Source: Chlamydiota bacterium (lineage in GTDB: Bacteria > Auribacterota > Tritonobacteria > UBA1439). Taken from it: 54,452 bases of DNA. Where the stretch lies: positions 1 through 54,452 of the forward strand of contig JBAXOY010000004.1 in assembly GCA_037133055.1 (NCBI GenBank). The letters are read 5' to 3'. Made by a program: the position numbers and the translations under genes. Under the pieces are notes generated by a model that had not been told where the DNA came from, ran no database searches, and worked only from the letters and a program-made list of their open reading frames with translations. Below, in pieces: positions 7,224-17,650 of this stretch. Numbering within the stretch: the first letter of the stretch is position 1; each line of letters opens with the position of its first letter.

Positions 7224-9299
7224 TCACGCCGCCGGCAGCACCACCGTGAATGTGGTGCCCTTGCCCGGCGCGCTGTTCACCTCGACCCTTCCCTTGTGTG
7301 CCTCCACGATCCGGTACACGATGGAGAGCCCGAGTCCCGACCCGTCATCCTTTGTCGTGAAGAACGGGTCGAAGATATGGTCGAGGTTCTTCTCGTCGAT
7401 GCCCCCGCCTGTGTCGCCCACGCTCGCGAAGACCGTCTCGCCCTCTCCCTCCCCCGTGGCGAGGGAGAGCCTCCCGCCCCCGGCCATCGACTGGACCGCG
7501 TTCAAAATAAGATTCAGGAACACCTGGCAGAGCTGCTCGCGGTCGCCGCGCGCCCTCGGGATCTCCTTCGCGTAGTCCCGCGATATCTCGATGTCCTGGA
7601 GGCGGTGCTGGGGGCCCACCAGGGCGAGGGCCCAGTCCAGTGTCTCCCCGAGTTCGCACGGCTCGCTCTTCGGCGCGGAGGGCCGCGCGAAGTCGAGGAG
7701 CCGCGTGACCACCCGGTTCAGGCGGTCGACCTCCTCCATCATAAACCCGGCGAGCTCGTGATTCTGCTCGCCCTCGCGGCTGCTCCGCTTGATCATGTCC
7801 GCAGACGTCTTCATGATCCCGAGCGGATTGCGTATCTCGTGCGCGACGCCCGCGGCGAGCGTGCCGATCCCCGCGAGCTTCGCGGACTGGAACAGCTTGT
7901 GCTCGAGCGCCCTCCTCTCGCTGATATCCTTGGCGTATTCGATCACGTGCGTCACCCGGCCCCCCTCCTCGAGGAGGGGGAAGCTGTAGACCTCCATCTC
8001 CCTCTCCTTCTGCCCCGGAACGCTCCAGCGAAGCTCTCCCGACGAGGCCGCTCCGCAACGGAAGGTGTTCTCGGCAGGGCAGTTCGGGCATGGCGCGTCG
8101 CCGCCGTGATAGGCGCGATAGCAGGCGTCTCCGATGAGTTCCGCCTCGCCGCGACCCACCATCGCGGCGATCCCGGCATTGGCGTTGACGATGCGGTACT
8201 CCCGGTCGATCACGGAAATGCCGTCCGAGATGCCGTTGAAGAGCCTCCGGAGCCGCTGGTTCGACCCCTCGAGCTCACGGGTGCGGTCCCGCACCCGCTC
8301 TTCGAGCTCTCGGTAGTACGATCCAAGCCTCTCGGCCATGATGTTGAACCGGTCGGCGAGGTCCTGGAGCTCGTCGCCCGTATCGAGGGACATCCGGTGA
8401 TCGAAGTTCCCCTCCCCGATGAGCCGCGCGCCGCGGTCAAGTTCGAGTATCGGCCGCGAGAACGACCGCGAGAGGTAGAGCGCCAGCACCAGCCCGCACG
8501 CGAGGACGATCACTCCGCCGACGAGGCTGATTTTTTCCGCCTGCCGGTCGGCGAGGGTGGCCGTCTCCACCGCGAGGAGGCCCTCGCTCTGGGCGAGCTC
8601 ATGGAGCTCCGCGATTCCCTCCATGGCGCGGTCCTTCGCCTCGATGAGCTGGAGCGAGAGCTGCTTCAGTCGCGACTCGGACTCGGAGATGGTCCGGCTG
8701 AGGACCTCGAGCTCCGCCAGGCGCTCCTGGGCGTCGCGCGTGCTCACGCCGAGGATGCTCCCGAGCACCGCTAGCTCCCGCGCCGGATTCTCCCCCTTCC
8801 CCGCCTTCCCCTTCGTGTCGATGACGCCTTTCACCGTCGCGGCGACGTCCTGGATGAGGCGATGCCCCTGGACTTTCTCGATCTTGTCCGCGAGGGCGAG
8901 GAGCTCGCGGGAGCTCCGGTCGACCGTGGCGAACTTGGCCTTGAGCTCGGCGATCTTCTTCCGCTCCCGGTCGTCGACGGCCCCCTTCCCCGCCGGGCCC
9001 CGCCGGCAGGACTCCTCGAGGGCATCGAGGTCCTTCTTGTAGAAGAGCACGAGCTGGGTGAAGGTCGCCCGGCGCGCCTTCTTGCCGGAGACCATGTACT
9101 CGCCGAGCGCCGTGACCGCCCGGTCGAGCGTCATCTGGAGGTCCGTGATGAGGCCCTCCTTCTCCTGGACGTAGACGAGCCGGCGGGTGCCGTCGGCCAT
9201 GATGCGGATGGACACGAGCGTGAAGAGGAGGAGCGCGCTGATGAGCGCGACCATCGCCATGAAGCTGGCGAGTATCTTGGACTGGATTCTGATCCGCAT
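7224..9299 (-). CDS. Sensor histidine kinase (TM-helical sensor-TM-HAMP-PAS-HisKA-HATPase)
   Basis: AHEIRNPL H-box, NLILNA N-box, DTGGG, FDPFFTTK, GSGLGL. Confidence 0.95.
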   Translation of the reverse strand: MRIRIQSKILASFMAMVALISALLLFTLVSIRIMADGTRRLVYVQEKEGLITDLQMTLDRAVTALGEYMVSGKKARRATFTQLVLFYKKDLDALEESCRRGPAGKGAVDDRERKKIAELKAKFATVDRSSRELLALADKIEKVQGHRLIQDVAATVKGVIDTKGKAGKGENPARELAVLGSILGVSTRDAQERLAELEVLSRTISESESRLKQLSLQLIEAKDRAMEGIAELHELAQSEGLLAVETATLADRQAEKISLVGGVIVLACGLVLALYLSRSFSRPILELDRGARLIGEGNFDHRMSLDTGDELQDLADRFNIMAERLGSYYRELEERVRDRTRELEGSNQRLRRLFNGISDGISVIDREYRIVNANAGIAAMVGRGEAELIGDACYRAYHGGDAPCPNCPAENTFRCGAASSGELRWSVPGQKEREMEVYSFPLLEEGGRVTHVIEYAKDISERRALEHKLFQSAKLAGIGTLAAGVAHEIRNPLGIMKTSADMIKRSSREGEQNHELAGFMMEEVDRLNRVVTRLLDFARPSAPKSEPCELGETLDWALALVGPQHRLQDIEISRDYAKEIPRARGDREQLCQVFLNLILNAVQSMAGGGRLSLATGEGEGETVFASVGDTGGGIDEKNLDHIFDPFFTTKDDGSGLGLSIVYRIVEAHKGRVEVNSAPGKGTTFTVVLPAA

Positions 9300-9326
9300 G
9301 GGACGTGCGCGGCGGGGATTCCCTGC

Positions 9327-11156
9327 CTACTCGACCGTGACGCTCTTCGCCAGGTTCTTGGGCTTGTCGATGTCGCAACCCCTGAAGCGGGCGATGTGGT
9401 ACGCCAGGAGCTGGAGGGGGACCACGTTGACGATCGGCGACAGCTCCTCCCGCGTCTCCGGGACGTAGATCACATCCTCCGCGATCTCCTTCAGGGCGGC
9501 GTCCCCCTCCGTGGCGAGGGCGATGATCCTGCCCCCGCGCGCCTCCACCTCCTTCATATTGGAGATCATCTTAGCATATTTCTCCCCCTTCGTGCAGATG
9601 CAGACGACGGGGAACTCACGGTCGATGAGGGCGATCGGCCCGTGCTTCATCTCGCCCGCCGGGTACCCTTCGGCGTGCAGGTAGGAGATCTCCTTCAGCT
9701 TCAGCGCCCCCTCGAGCGCGGTCGGGTAGTTGAACCCGCGCCCGAGAAAGAATGCGCTCTTCGCCCCCGCGTATTTCGGCGCGAATTCCCGTATCTGCGC
9801 CTCCGCGCGGAGCGCGCGCTCGATCTTCCCCGGCAGCGTCTCGAGCTCCGCGAGGATCCGGCGCGCCTCTTCGGGGGATATCTGGCCCCTGATCCTTCCC
9901 GCGTGGACGGTGAAGAGGACGAGGGCGACAAGCTGGGCGGTGTAGGCCTTGGTGGAGGCGACGCCGATCTCGGGCCCCGCCCGGGTGTAGATGACCCCGT
10001 CGCTCTCGCGGTCGATAGTGCTTCCCATGACGTTCACCACGGAGATGATCCTGCATCCCTTCTCCCTGGCCATCCGGAGGCTCGCGAGCGTGTCGGCGGT
10101 TTCCCCGGACTGGCTCACCGTCATCACCAAGGTGTTCCGGTCGAGCTTGGGGCTGCGGTACCGGAACTCGCTTGAGTAATCGACCTCGACCGCGAGGTCG
10201 GTGTAGTGCTCGAGGAAGTAGCGCCCCCCCATGCCGGCGTAGCAGGCGGTGCCGCACGAGATGATGAACACCTTGGTGAGCGCCCGGATGCTCTCCTCGC
10301 CGATGCGGGGGAGATCGAGCGCGACGCCGGTCCTGTCGGGGAGGATCCTCCCGATCAGGGCGTTCCTCAGGGCCTCGGGCTGTTCATAAATCTCCTTCAG
10401 CATGAACTTTTCGAAGCCGCCCTTCTCCGCCTGTTCCAGCGTCCATTCAATCCGGTGCGGGGTGTGGGAAACGGGCGCGAGGGCGCTGTCAAAGACCTCG
10501 ACCGAACCGCGGGTGACCCGGGCAAGCTCGCCGTCGTTCAGGTAGATGACGCGGTCGGTGTACTCGAGGATCGCCGGGACGTCGGAGGCGATGAACTGCT
10601 CCCCCTTCCCGAGCCCGATAATCAGGGGACTCGCCTTGCGCGCGGCCACGATCTCGTCGGGCCGCTCCTCGGAAATGACGGCGATGGCGTAGGCGCCCTC
10701 CGCCTCCGCCACGGCGCCCCGGACGGCCTCGAGAAGATCCCCGGAGTAATGCTTCTCTATGAGGTGGACGAGGACCTCGCTGTCGGTCTCCGAGCTGAAG
10801 CGGTGCCCCTCGGCCGCGAGCGCCGCTCTCAGGCCCGCGTAATTCTCGATGATGCCGTTGTGCACCATGGCAAAACGCCCGGTGCAGTCGGTGTGCGGAT
10901 GCGCGTTCGGGGTGTCGGGCTCGCCATGCGTCGCCCATCGGGTGTGTCCCACCCCCGTGTGCCCGCGGAGGGGGGACGCCGCGAGGAGTTCCGCGAGACC
11001 CGCAAGCTTCCCCTCTTTCTTGCGGACGGAGATCTTCCCGCGGTCGATGATCGCGACTCCCGCCGAATCATACCCGCGGTACTCGAGCCGGAAGAGCCCC
11101 TTCAGGATGACTTCCTGCGCGTCCCTTCCGCCGATGTAGCCGACGATGCCGCACAT
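9327..11156 (-). CDS. glmS: Glutamine--fructose-6-phosphate aminotransferase
   Basis: MCGIVG, LEYRGYDSAG, GHTRWATHG, SQSGETADT, C-terminal NLAKSVTVE. Confidence 0.98.
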   Translation of the reverse strand: MCGIVGYIGGRDAQEVILKGLFRLEYRGYDSAGVAIIDRGKISVRKKEGKLAGLAELLAASPLRGHTGVGHTRWATHGEPDTPNAHPHTDCTGRFAMVHNGIIENYAGLRAALAAEGHRFSSETDSEVLVHLIEKHYSGDLLEAVRGAVAEAEGAYAIAVISEERPDEIVAARKASPLIIGLGKGEQFIASDVPAILEYTDRVIYLNDGELARVTRGSVEVFDSALAPVSHTPHRIEWTLEQAEKGGFEKFMLKEIYEQPEALRNALIGRILPDRTGVALDLPRIGEESIRALTKVFIISCGTACYAGMGGRYFLEHYTDLAVEVDYSSEFRYRSPKLDRNTLVMTVSQSGETADTLASLRMAREKGCRIISVVNVMGSTIDRESDGVIYTRAGPEIGVASTKAYTAQLVALVLFTVHAGRIRGQISPEEARRILAELETLPGKIERALRAEAQIREFAPKYAGAKSAFFLGRGFNYPTALEGALKLKEISYLHAEGYPAGEMKHGPIALIDREFPVVCICTKGEKYAKMISNMKEVEARGGRIIALATEGDAALKEIAEDVIYVPETREELSPIVNVVPLQLLAYHIARFRGCDIDKPKNLAKSVTVE

Positions 11157-11165
11157 GGTGCTCCC

Positions 11166-12356
11166 TCATTCCCCGCGCCGGAGCCCCGACCCCGGCGCCG
11201 CGTACGCGACCTCGCCGCCGATGATTGTCGTCCGGACGCCGAACTTCTCGTCGAAGATCACGATGTCCGCGTCCATCCCCGGCGCGAGCGCGCCCTTCCG
11301 CGCGTCGATTCCCGCCAGCCGCGCCGGGTTCGACGTCGCGAGCGCCGCGACGTCCGCCGGAGGCGCCCCGGTCCATTGCCGGACGTTGCGGAGCGCCCCG
11401 CTCATCGTCAACACCGAGCCGCAGAGGGTGCCGTCTTCCAGCACCGGTGTGCCGCCGCGGATGGTGACCTCTTTCCCGCCGACGCGAAAGGCGTGGGTCT
11501 CCGCGTCGAGCGCCTGCATGCAGTCCGTGACCAGAATAATGCCATCCCGCCCCTTGAGTTTCAAAGCCATTTTCACCATCTCCGGGTGCACGTGCATGCC
11601 GTCCGCGATGAGCTCCGCGACGACCCGGACGTTCGCCAGGGCCGCCGCGGCGAGCCCGGGGCGGCGGTGGTGCATGCCGCTCATGGCGTTGAAGAGGTGC
11701 GTCACGGAGCGTACCCCGGCCCCGAACGCCTCGCACGCCTCCCTGTAGCTCGCATCGGAATGCCCGGCGGCCGGGATGCCGCCGCGCGCCGCGATTGCCT
11801 CGATGAGCCCCCGCGCGCCGGGGAGCTCGGGGGCCAGCGTGACGATCATGGGGCAGCCGTCCGCGGGCGCCATGAGCGCGCCGAGCTCGTCCGGGTCCGG
11901 CAGCCGCAGGTGCTCGACCGGGTGCACGCCCGCGCGCGCGGGATTGAGGAACGGCCCCTCGATGTGGATCCCGACAATCCCCCCGGCCTTCCCGCTCCTG
12001 ATCATGTCCCCGAGGCACGCGACCGCGCGCCTCATTGTTTCCCCCGGGGCGCTCCTCACCGTGGCGAAGAGCGCCGTGGTGCCGTAGCGGGCGTGGGTCG
12101 CCGCGATCTCCCGCGCGTCGCCGGCATCGCCCGAAAGAAAGTCCGCCCCCGAGGCCCCGTGCGCGTGGAGGTCGATGAACCCCGGGCCGACGCAGCAGCC
12201 CCCGGCGTCGATCATCCGCCCTCCGCGGGGGCGCTCCCCGGTGGATTTCCCCGCATACACGATCGTGCTGCCGCGGACGACGACCACGGAGTCCGGTATC
12301 TCGCTCCCGCGGTGAATCAGGCGGCCGTGTATGATCGTGAGTGTCGGGTCATTCAG
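11166..12356 (-). CDS. nagA: N-acetylglucosamine-6-phosphate deacetylase (start anomalous)
   Basis: PGFIDLHAHG, HIEGPFLN, HLFNAM, DGMH, LVTD. NagA-like residues continue upstream of GTG 12287 to CTG 12356. Confidence 0.9.
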   Translation of the reverse strand: MNDPTLTIIHGRLIHRGSEIPDSVVVVRGSTIVYAGKSTGERPRGGRMIDAGGCCVGPGFIDLHAHGASGADFLSGDAGDAREIAATHARYGTTALFATVRSAPGETMRRAVACLGDMIRSGKAGGIVGIHIEGPFLNPARAGVHPVEHLRLPDPDELGALMAPADGCPMIVTLAPELPGARGLIEAIAARGGIPAAGHSDASYREACEAFGAGVRSVTHLFNAMSGMHHRRPGLAAAALANVRVVAELIADGMHVHPEMVKMALKLKGRDGIILVTDCMQALDAETHAFRVGGKEVTIRGGTPVLEDGTLCGSVLTMSGALRNVRQWTGAPPADVAALATSNPARLAGIDARKGALAPGMDADIVIFDEKFGVRTTIIGGEVAYAAPGSGLRRGE

Positions 12357-12381
12357 GGAGTGTCATCCCGGCGCCCCCGCC

Positions 12382-13734
12382 TCACCGCATGCAGGCGGTC
12401 GCACCCATCCGGCGCATCACGTCTCCCACAAGGTAGATCGAGCCGGTGACGAATATCCCGTCCGCCGCGCCCTCCTCCACCGCCCGGCGGGCCCGCCCGA
12501 GCGCCGCGCCCGGGTCCGCCGCCGTTTCCGCCCGCGTCCCCGCCCGCGCCCGCCAGGCCGCCGCGAGCGCGCCCGGGTCCGCGGATCGGCCGCTCGGCAC
12601 CGGCGTCACGAACACCGCCGATGCGAGGGGGCCGAGTGCTTCGCAGATTCCCCCGGCGTCCTTGTCCTCGAGCGCGCCGAGGACGAGCGCCCACCTCAGT
12701 CCGGGGAAGAGCGCGGCGACGGCGCCCGCCGCCGCGCGCGCGCCGTCTGGATTGTGCGCGCAGTCGACGAGGGTGAGCGGGGCGCGGCTCAGGATCTCCA
12801 TCCTCCCCGGCCACCGGACTCCCGCGATCCCGCGGACCATGGCGGCGTCATCGATCGCGGCGCCGCGCCCCCGCAGCTCATCGACCACCCCGCACGCGAC
12901 CGCGCAGTTCGCGGCCTGATGGCGCCCGGCGAGCGGGACGGTGAGTGGCCCGAGGGGGCCGCGCGTCCCCCTCACCTCGAGCACGGTTCTCCCGGGGTCC
13001 TCGCGCAGGATCGAATAGAGTATAGCATCCCCCACGCGGAGCACGGTAGCCCGCTTTTCCGAGGCCCGCCGCATGATCGTCTCGAACGCCTCGTCGGGCA
13101 TCTCGCCGCAGACGACCGACGCCCCCTCCGCGATGATCCCCGCCTTTTCCGCGGCGATCGCCGCGATCGTATCGCCGAGCACCGCCGTGTGCTCAAGCCC
13201 TATCGAGGTAATCGCGGCGACGGGCGCCCCGGACGCCGTCGTGGCGTCAAGCCGCCCCCCGAGCCCGGTTTCGATCACGGCGAAATCCGCTCCCTGCCGC
13301 ACAAAATGGAGAAAGGCCATAGCGGTCATGAATTCGAAATACGTGGGCGGCCCCACGGGGCCCGTCGCGACCCTTTCCGCGACCGGGATGAGTGCGGCCG
13401 CGAGCGAGTCCGCCTCCTCCTCCCCCACCGGCTCGCCGCAAAGCCTGATCCGCTCCCTGAACGTGACGAGGTGGGGCGAGGTGTAGAGCCCCGTGCGGAA
13501 GCCGGCCGCGCGCAGCACGGACTCGACCATCGCGCATACTGACCCCTTCCCGTTGGTGCCGGCGACCTGGATGAAGGAGAGTGACCGCTGCGGGTCGCCG
13601 CAGCCGCCGAGGAGGAGTCGAATGCGATCGAGCCCCGGCCGCATGCCGAAGCGCTCGAGGCGCGAGAGGTACGCCTCGCAGACGCCGCGGGCGGGCCTGC
13701 CCGGCGACGGAGAGGTGGGGGCGGGGGCGCTCAC
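12382..13734 (-). CDS. folC: Folylpolyglutamate synthase/dihydrofolate synthase
   Basis: VAGTNGKGS, YTSPHL, ETGLGGRLDAT, WPGR, DCAHN, TGSIYLVG. GTG 13734 overlaps the accD stop; conserved accD-folC order. Confidence 0.95.
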   Translation of the reverse strand: MSAPAPTSPSPGRPARGVCEAYLSRLERFGMRPGLDRIRLLLGGCGDPQRSLSFIQVAGTNGKGSVCAMVESVLRAAGFRTGLYTSPHLVTFRERIRLCGEPVGEEEADSLAAALIPVAERVATGPVGPPTYFEFMTAMAFLHFVRQGADFAVIETGLGGRLDATTASGAPVAAITSIGLEHTAVLGDTIAAIAAEKAGIIAEGASVVCGEMPDEAFETIMRRASEKRATVLRVGDAILYSILREDPGRTVLEVRGTRGPLGPLTVPLAGRHQAANCAVACGVVDELRGRGAAIDDAAMVRGIAGVRWPGRMEILSRAPLTLVDCAHNPDGARAAAGAVAALFPGLRWALVLGALEDKDAGGICEALGPLASAVFVTPVPSGRSADPGALAAAWRARAGTRAETAADPGAALGRARRAVEEGAADGIFVTGSIYLVGDVMRRMGATACMR

Positions 13735-14621
13735 ACGCGGTGGGCGGCCCCGTGACGGCGGGCATTCGGGGGGGGCATGTCGGGGGAGAACCGGGGCGCA
13801 TCGAAGAGAGAGAGGATTTCGGCGAGGGCGCCCTTCAGCTCCTTGCGCCCGACGATGAGATCGACCATGCCGTGCGTGATGAGGAACTCCGAGGTCTGGA
13901 ACCCCTCGGGGAGCTCCTGCCGGATCGTCTGCTTGATGACCCTCGGCCCCGCGAACCCGATGAGGGCGCCAGGCTCCGCGATGATGATGTCGCCGAGCGA
14001 GGCGAACGAGGCGGTGGTCCCCCCGGTGGTGGGGTTCGTCATCACCGAAATATAGAGGAGCCCCTCCGCGGCGAACCGGGCGAGGGCGGCGCTGGTCTTC
14101 GCGAGCTGCATCAGGCTGAGCGCGCCCTCCTGCATCCGGGCGCCGCCCGAGGCGGACACGATGATCAGGGGAAGGCGCTTCCCGAGCGCCAGCTCCACCA
14201 GGCGGGTGATCTTCTCGCCGACGACCGAACCCATGCTGCCCCCCATGTACGGGAAGTCCATGGCCGCGAAGGCCACCCCGAATCCGGAGAGCGACCCGAT
14301 GCCCGTCACGATGGCCTCGGGGACCCCGGACTTCTTCTCCGCGATGACCTGGCGCTTCGGGTAGGGCATCGTGTCCACGAACTTGAGCGGGTCCGTCGGG
14401 CGCATCTCGGGGTCGATTTCGAAAAACTCGCTTTCTCCGAAGAAGCTGCGTATCCGCTGCCAGGCCGGGAGCGGATACAGGTAGCCGCACTTCGGGCAGG
14501 TGAGAAGGTTGGTCGTGATCTCCTGGCGGGTGACCATCTCTCCGCAGCCCTTGCACTTCATCCAGAGCCCGGCCGGGATGTCCCTCTTCTTGACCTTTAT
14601 CTGCTTGGCAAAGAATCTCAT
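13731..14621 (-). CDS. accD: Acetyl-CoA carboxylase carboxyltransferase beta subunit
   Basis: LWMKC..C / CPKC zinc finger, GGSMGSVVGEK, SGGARMQEG, GFAGPRVI. Confidence 0.97.
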   Translation of the reverse strand: MRFFAKQIKVKKRDIPAGLWMKCKGCGEMVTRQEITTNLLTCPKCGYLYPLPAWQRIRSFFGESEFFEIDPEMRPTDPLKFVDTMPYPKRQVIAEKKSGVPEAIVTGIGSLSGFGVAFAAMDFPYMGGSMGSVVGEKITRLVELALGKRLPLIIVSASGGARMQEGALSLMQLAKTSAALARFAAEGLLYISVMTNPTTGGTTASFASLGDIIIAEPGALIGFAGPRVIKQTIRQELPEGFQTSEFLITHGMVDLIVGRKELKGALAEILSLFDAPRFSPDMPPPNARRHGAAHRV

Positions 14622-14675
14622 GACTGCCTCATTGAAGTCTGGACCCCTCCCCCCCTGAGAGGGAGGCCACCCTAT

Positions 14676-14715
14676 TCTCCCCTCCCCCCTTGAGGGGGAG
14701 GGTGAGGGTGGGGGG
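14676..14715 (-). repeat. REP-like palindromic repeat, copy 1
   Basis: Minus strand CCCCCACCCTCACCCTCCCCCTCAAGGGGGGAGGGGAGA; a second degenerate hairpin lies at 14644-14666. Confidence 0.8.
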
Positions 14716-14720
14716 CGTAG

Positions 14721-16154
14721 TTACCCGAGCCTCTCCTTGAGCAGCGCGTTCACCACCTGCGGGTTCCCCTTTCCCCTCGTCGCCCTCATGATCTGCCCCA
14801 CGAGGAAGCCGAGCGCCTGCTTCTTCCCCGCCCGGTAGTCCTCCGCCGACTTCGGGTTGGCGGCGATCACCTCGTCGACAATGCGCGCGAGCTCCCCCTC
14901 GTCGCTGATCTGAGCGAGCCCCTTCAGGCGGACAAGCTCGCCCGCCCCCGCCCCTGTCCTGAACATCTCCGCGAACACGCCCTTTGCCGTCGCGGCGCTG
15001 ATCGTCCCCGCGGCGACGAGGCCGAGGATCTCCGCGATCCCCTCCGGGCGCACCCGGCACGCCGCGACGGTCGCGCCGCTCTCCTTGAGCGTCCTCAACA
15101 TCTCCCCCATGATAAAATGCCCCGCCGCCTTCGGGTCCGCGCCCTCTTTTACGGCGTCCTCGAAGTAGTCCGCGAGCTCCCGCTCCGACGTCAGCACGTC
15201 CGCATCGTAGGCGGTGAGGCCGTATGAGGCCGCGAACCGGTCGCGCCGCGCGAGAGGCGCCTCGGGAATCTCTCCCCTGAGCGCCCGAAGCCATGCCTCT
15301 TCCGGAACCACCGGCACGAGGTCCGGCTCGGGGAAGTAGCGGTAGTCGTGCGCCTCCTCCTTGCTCCGCATCGGGTGAGTCATCTCGCTGTCGGATTCCC
15401 AGAGCCGCGTCTCCTGGACGATCCGCTCCCCCGCGGCGGCAGCGCGCTTCTGCCGCTCGATCTCGTAGGCGAGCGCCTTCTGGACCGCCCGGAACGAGTT
15501 CATGTTCTTCACCTCGGCCTTCACGCCGAGCTCCCGCGCGCCCCGCGGCCGGATGGAGACGTTCGCGTCGCAGCGGAGGCTGCCCTTCTCCATGTCGCAG
15601 TCGGAGACGCCAAGGTACTGGATCGTGAGCTTCAGCGCCTTCAGGTACGCATACGCCTCGTCGGGGGAGGCGATCCCGGGCTCGCTGACGATCTCGAGGA
15701 GCGGGACGCCGGTCCGGTTGAAGTCGACGCCCGAGTCGCCCCCCGGGGTCTCGGAGTGGACGAGCTTCCCCGCGTCTTCCTCAAGGTGGACGCGGGTTAT
15801 GCCGATCCGCTTCCGCGAACCTTCGACCTCGATATCGAGCCCCCCCCCCACGCACAGGGGGAGGTCGTACTGGGAGATCTGATAGTTCTTGGGGAGGTCG
15901 GGATAAAAGTAGTTCTTGCGGTCGAACTTGCTGAACGGCGCGATGCGGCTCCCGAGCATCATCCCGGTGAGGACCGCGTACCGGAGCGCCTTTTCGTTCA
16001 GCACCGGGAGCGTCCCGGGGAGCCCAAGGCAGACGGGGCACACCGAGCTGTTCGGCGGTGCGCCGAAGGCGGCGGGGCAGCCGCAGAAGACCTTCGACTC
16101 GGTCTTCAGATGCACGTGCACCTCGAGCCCGATGACCGCCTCGTACTCAGCCAT
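14721..16154 (-). CDS. gatB: Asp/Glu-tRNA amidotransferase subunit B
   Basis: VIGLEVH, FDRKNYFYPDLPK, HLEEDAGK, DYRYFPEPDL. Confidence 0.98.
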   Translation of the reverse strand: MAEYEAVIGLEVHVHLKTESKVFCGCPAAFGAPPNSSVCPVCLGLPGTLPVLNEKALRYAVLTGMMLGSRIAPFSKFDRKNYFYPDLPKNYQISQYDLPLCVGGGLDIEVEGSRKRIGITRVHLEEDAGKLVHSETPGGDSGVDFNRTGVPLLEIVSEPGIASPDEAYAYLKALKLTIQYLGVSDCDMEKGSLRCDANVSIRPRGARELGVKAEVKNMNSFRAVQKALAYEIERQKRAAAAGERIVQETRLWESDSEMTHPMRSKEEAHDYRYFPEPDLVPVVPEEAWLRALRGEIPEAPLARRDRFAASYGLTAYDADVLTSERELADYFEDAVKEGADPKAAGHFIMGEMLRTLKESGATVAACRVRPEGIAEILGLVAAGTISAATAKGVFAEMFRTGAGAGELVRLKGLAQISDEGELARIVDEVIAANPKSAEDYRAGKKQALGFLVGQIMRATRGKGNPQVVNALLKERLG

Positions 16155-16178
16155 GGTTAAAGAACCCCGCGTTTCTCT

Positions 16179-17639
16179 CTATACCGGCGGACGCTTTGTG
16201 TGCCAGTCCGTCGCGGACTCGTACGCGCGCGCCGCCCTGAAGATCGACGCCTCGTCGAACGGCCTCCCGATGAGCTGGAGGCCGACCGGGAGCGCATCGC
16301 TCGTGAAGCCGCACGGGATCGAGAGCGCCGGAACCCCCGCGAGGTTCGCGGAGATCGTGAAGATGTCCGAGAGGTACATCTGGAGCGGGTCGGCCGTCTT
16401 CTCCCCCACCCTGAACGCCGCCGTCGGCGTGACCGGCGCGGCGATCAGGTCGCATTTCGCGAACGCCTTTTCAAAATCGTTTTTCAGGAGCGTCCGCGCC
16501 TTTTGCGCCTTCAGGTAGTAGGCGTCGTAGTAGCCCGAGCTCAGGACGTAGGTCCCGAGCATGACCCGCCGCTTCACCTCATCGCCGAACCCCTCCGACT
16601 TCGTGCGCTCGTACATATCGAGCAGGCCCTTCGGGTTCGGGGCGCGGGAGCCGTACTGGACTCCGTCGTAGCGCGCGAGGTTCGAGCTCGCCTCGGCCGT
16701 GGCGATGATGTAGTAGGTGGCGACCGCGTATTCCGTGTGAGGCAGGCTCACCTCCACGGGCTCGGCGCCGAGCTCCCGTATCCGGCCGATGGCGGCCCCG
16801 ACCGCGGCCTTCACCCCGGCGTCCATCCCCTCGATGAAATACTCCCTCGGGACGCCGAGGCGCATCCCCCTGACCCCGTCTTCGATACCGGCCGAGAGGC
16901 CCGCGACGGGCACCTCCACGGAGGTCGAGTCCCGTGGATCGTGCCCCCCGATGACCTCGATGAGGAGGGCGATGTCGCGCACGCTCCGGGCGATCGGCCC
17001 GATCTGGTCGAGGGAGGAGGCAAAAGCGACGAGCCCGTAGCGGGAGACTCTGCCGTAGGTCGGTTTCAGGCCCGCCACGCCGCATAGGGCGGCCGGCTGG
17101 CGGATCGAGCCGCCCGTGTCGGAGCCGAGCGCCGCCGGAATCTCGCGCGCCGCCACGGCCGCGGCGGAGCCGCCGCTCGATCCCCCCGGCACCCGATCCG
17201 TGTCCCACGGGTTCCGGGTCGCCCCGTAGCACGAGTTCTCCGTGGAGGAGCCCATGGCGAACTCGTCCATGTTCAGACGCCCGAGGAACACCGCCCCCTC
17301 GCCGCGGAGGCGCTCGATCACGGTTGCGCTGTAGGGCGCGACGAATCCGTTCAGGATCCTGGAGGCGCAGGTGACGGGTTTCCCCCCTGCGCAGAGGTTG
17401 TCCTTTATCCCGATGGGGACGCCCTCGATCCGCCCGTTCGCCCCGCCCGACGCGAGGCGGCGATCGGCGGCATCCGCCTCGGCGAGGGCGTCCCTCTCGA
17501 AGAGCTCGATAAAGGCACGGACGGTTCCCTCGACCCTGCGCGCGCGGTCGAGGCACGCCGCGACCAGGTCACGGGAGGAGATCTCCCGCTTCCGTATCGC
17601 CGCCGCCGCTTCGGTTACCGTGAGATCGATGAGGTCCAT
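16179..17639 (-). CDS. gatA: Asp/Glu-tRNA amidotransferase subunit A
   Basis: Amidase signature [28 protein letters not shown]. Confidence 0.98.
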   Translation of the reverse strand: MDLIDLTVTEAAAAIRKREISSRDLVAACLDRARRVEGTVRAFIELFERDALAEADAADRRLASGGANGRIEGVPIGIKDNLCAGGKPVTCASRILNGFVAPYSATVIERLRGEGAVFLGRLNMDEFAMGSSTENSCYGATRNPWDTDRVPGGSSGGSAAAVAAREIPAALGSDTGGSIRQPAALCGVAGLKPTYGRVSRYGLVAFASSLDQIGPIARSVRDIALLIEVIGGHDPRDSTSVEVPVAGLSAGIEDGVRGMRLGVPREYFIEGMDAGVKAAVGAAIGRIRELGAEPVEVSLPHTEYAVATYYIIATAEASSNLARYDGVQYGSRAPNPKGLLDMYERTKSEGFGDEVKRRVMLGTYVLSSGYYDAYYLKAQKARTLLKNDFEKAFAKCDLIAAPVTPTAAFRVGEKTADPLQMYLSDIFTISANLAGVPALSIPCGFTSDALPVGLQLIGRPFDEASIFRAARAYESATDWHTKRPPV

Positions 17640-17650
17640 ACTTCGCTCCC

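Noticed and set aside
11157-11165. glmS ribozyme
   Set aside because: Only 9 bp separate nagA and glmS, leaving no room.
5782-12449. Long plus-strand ORFs (5782-7575, 7296-8774, 8862-10175, 10206-12449 and similar ones elsewhere)
   Set aside because: Antisense shadows of well-supported minus-strand genes in high-GC DNA; no motifs.
12382-14556. 724-aa ORF suggesting an extended FolC or an AccD-FolC fusion
   Set aside because: The upstream part is an off-frame overlap of accD; FolC similarity begins after GTG 13734.
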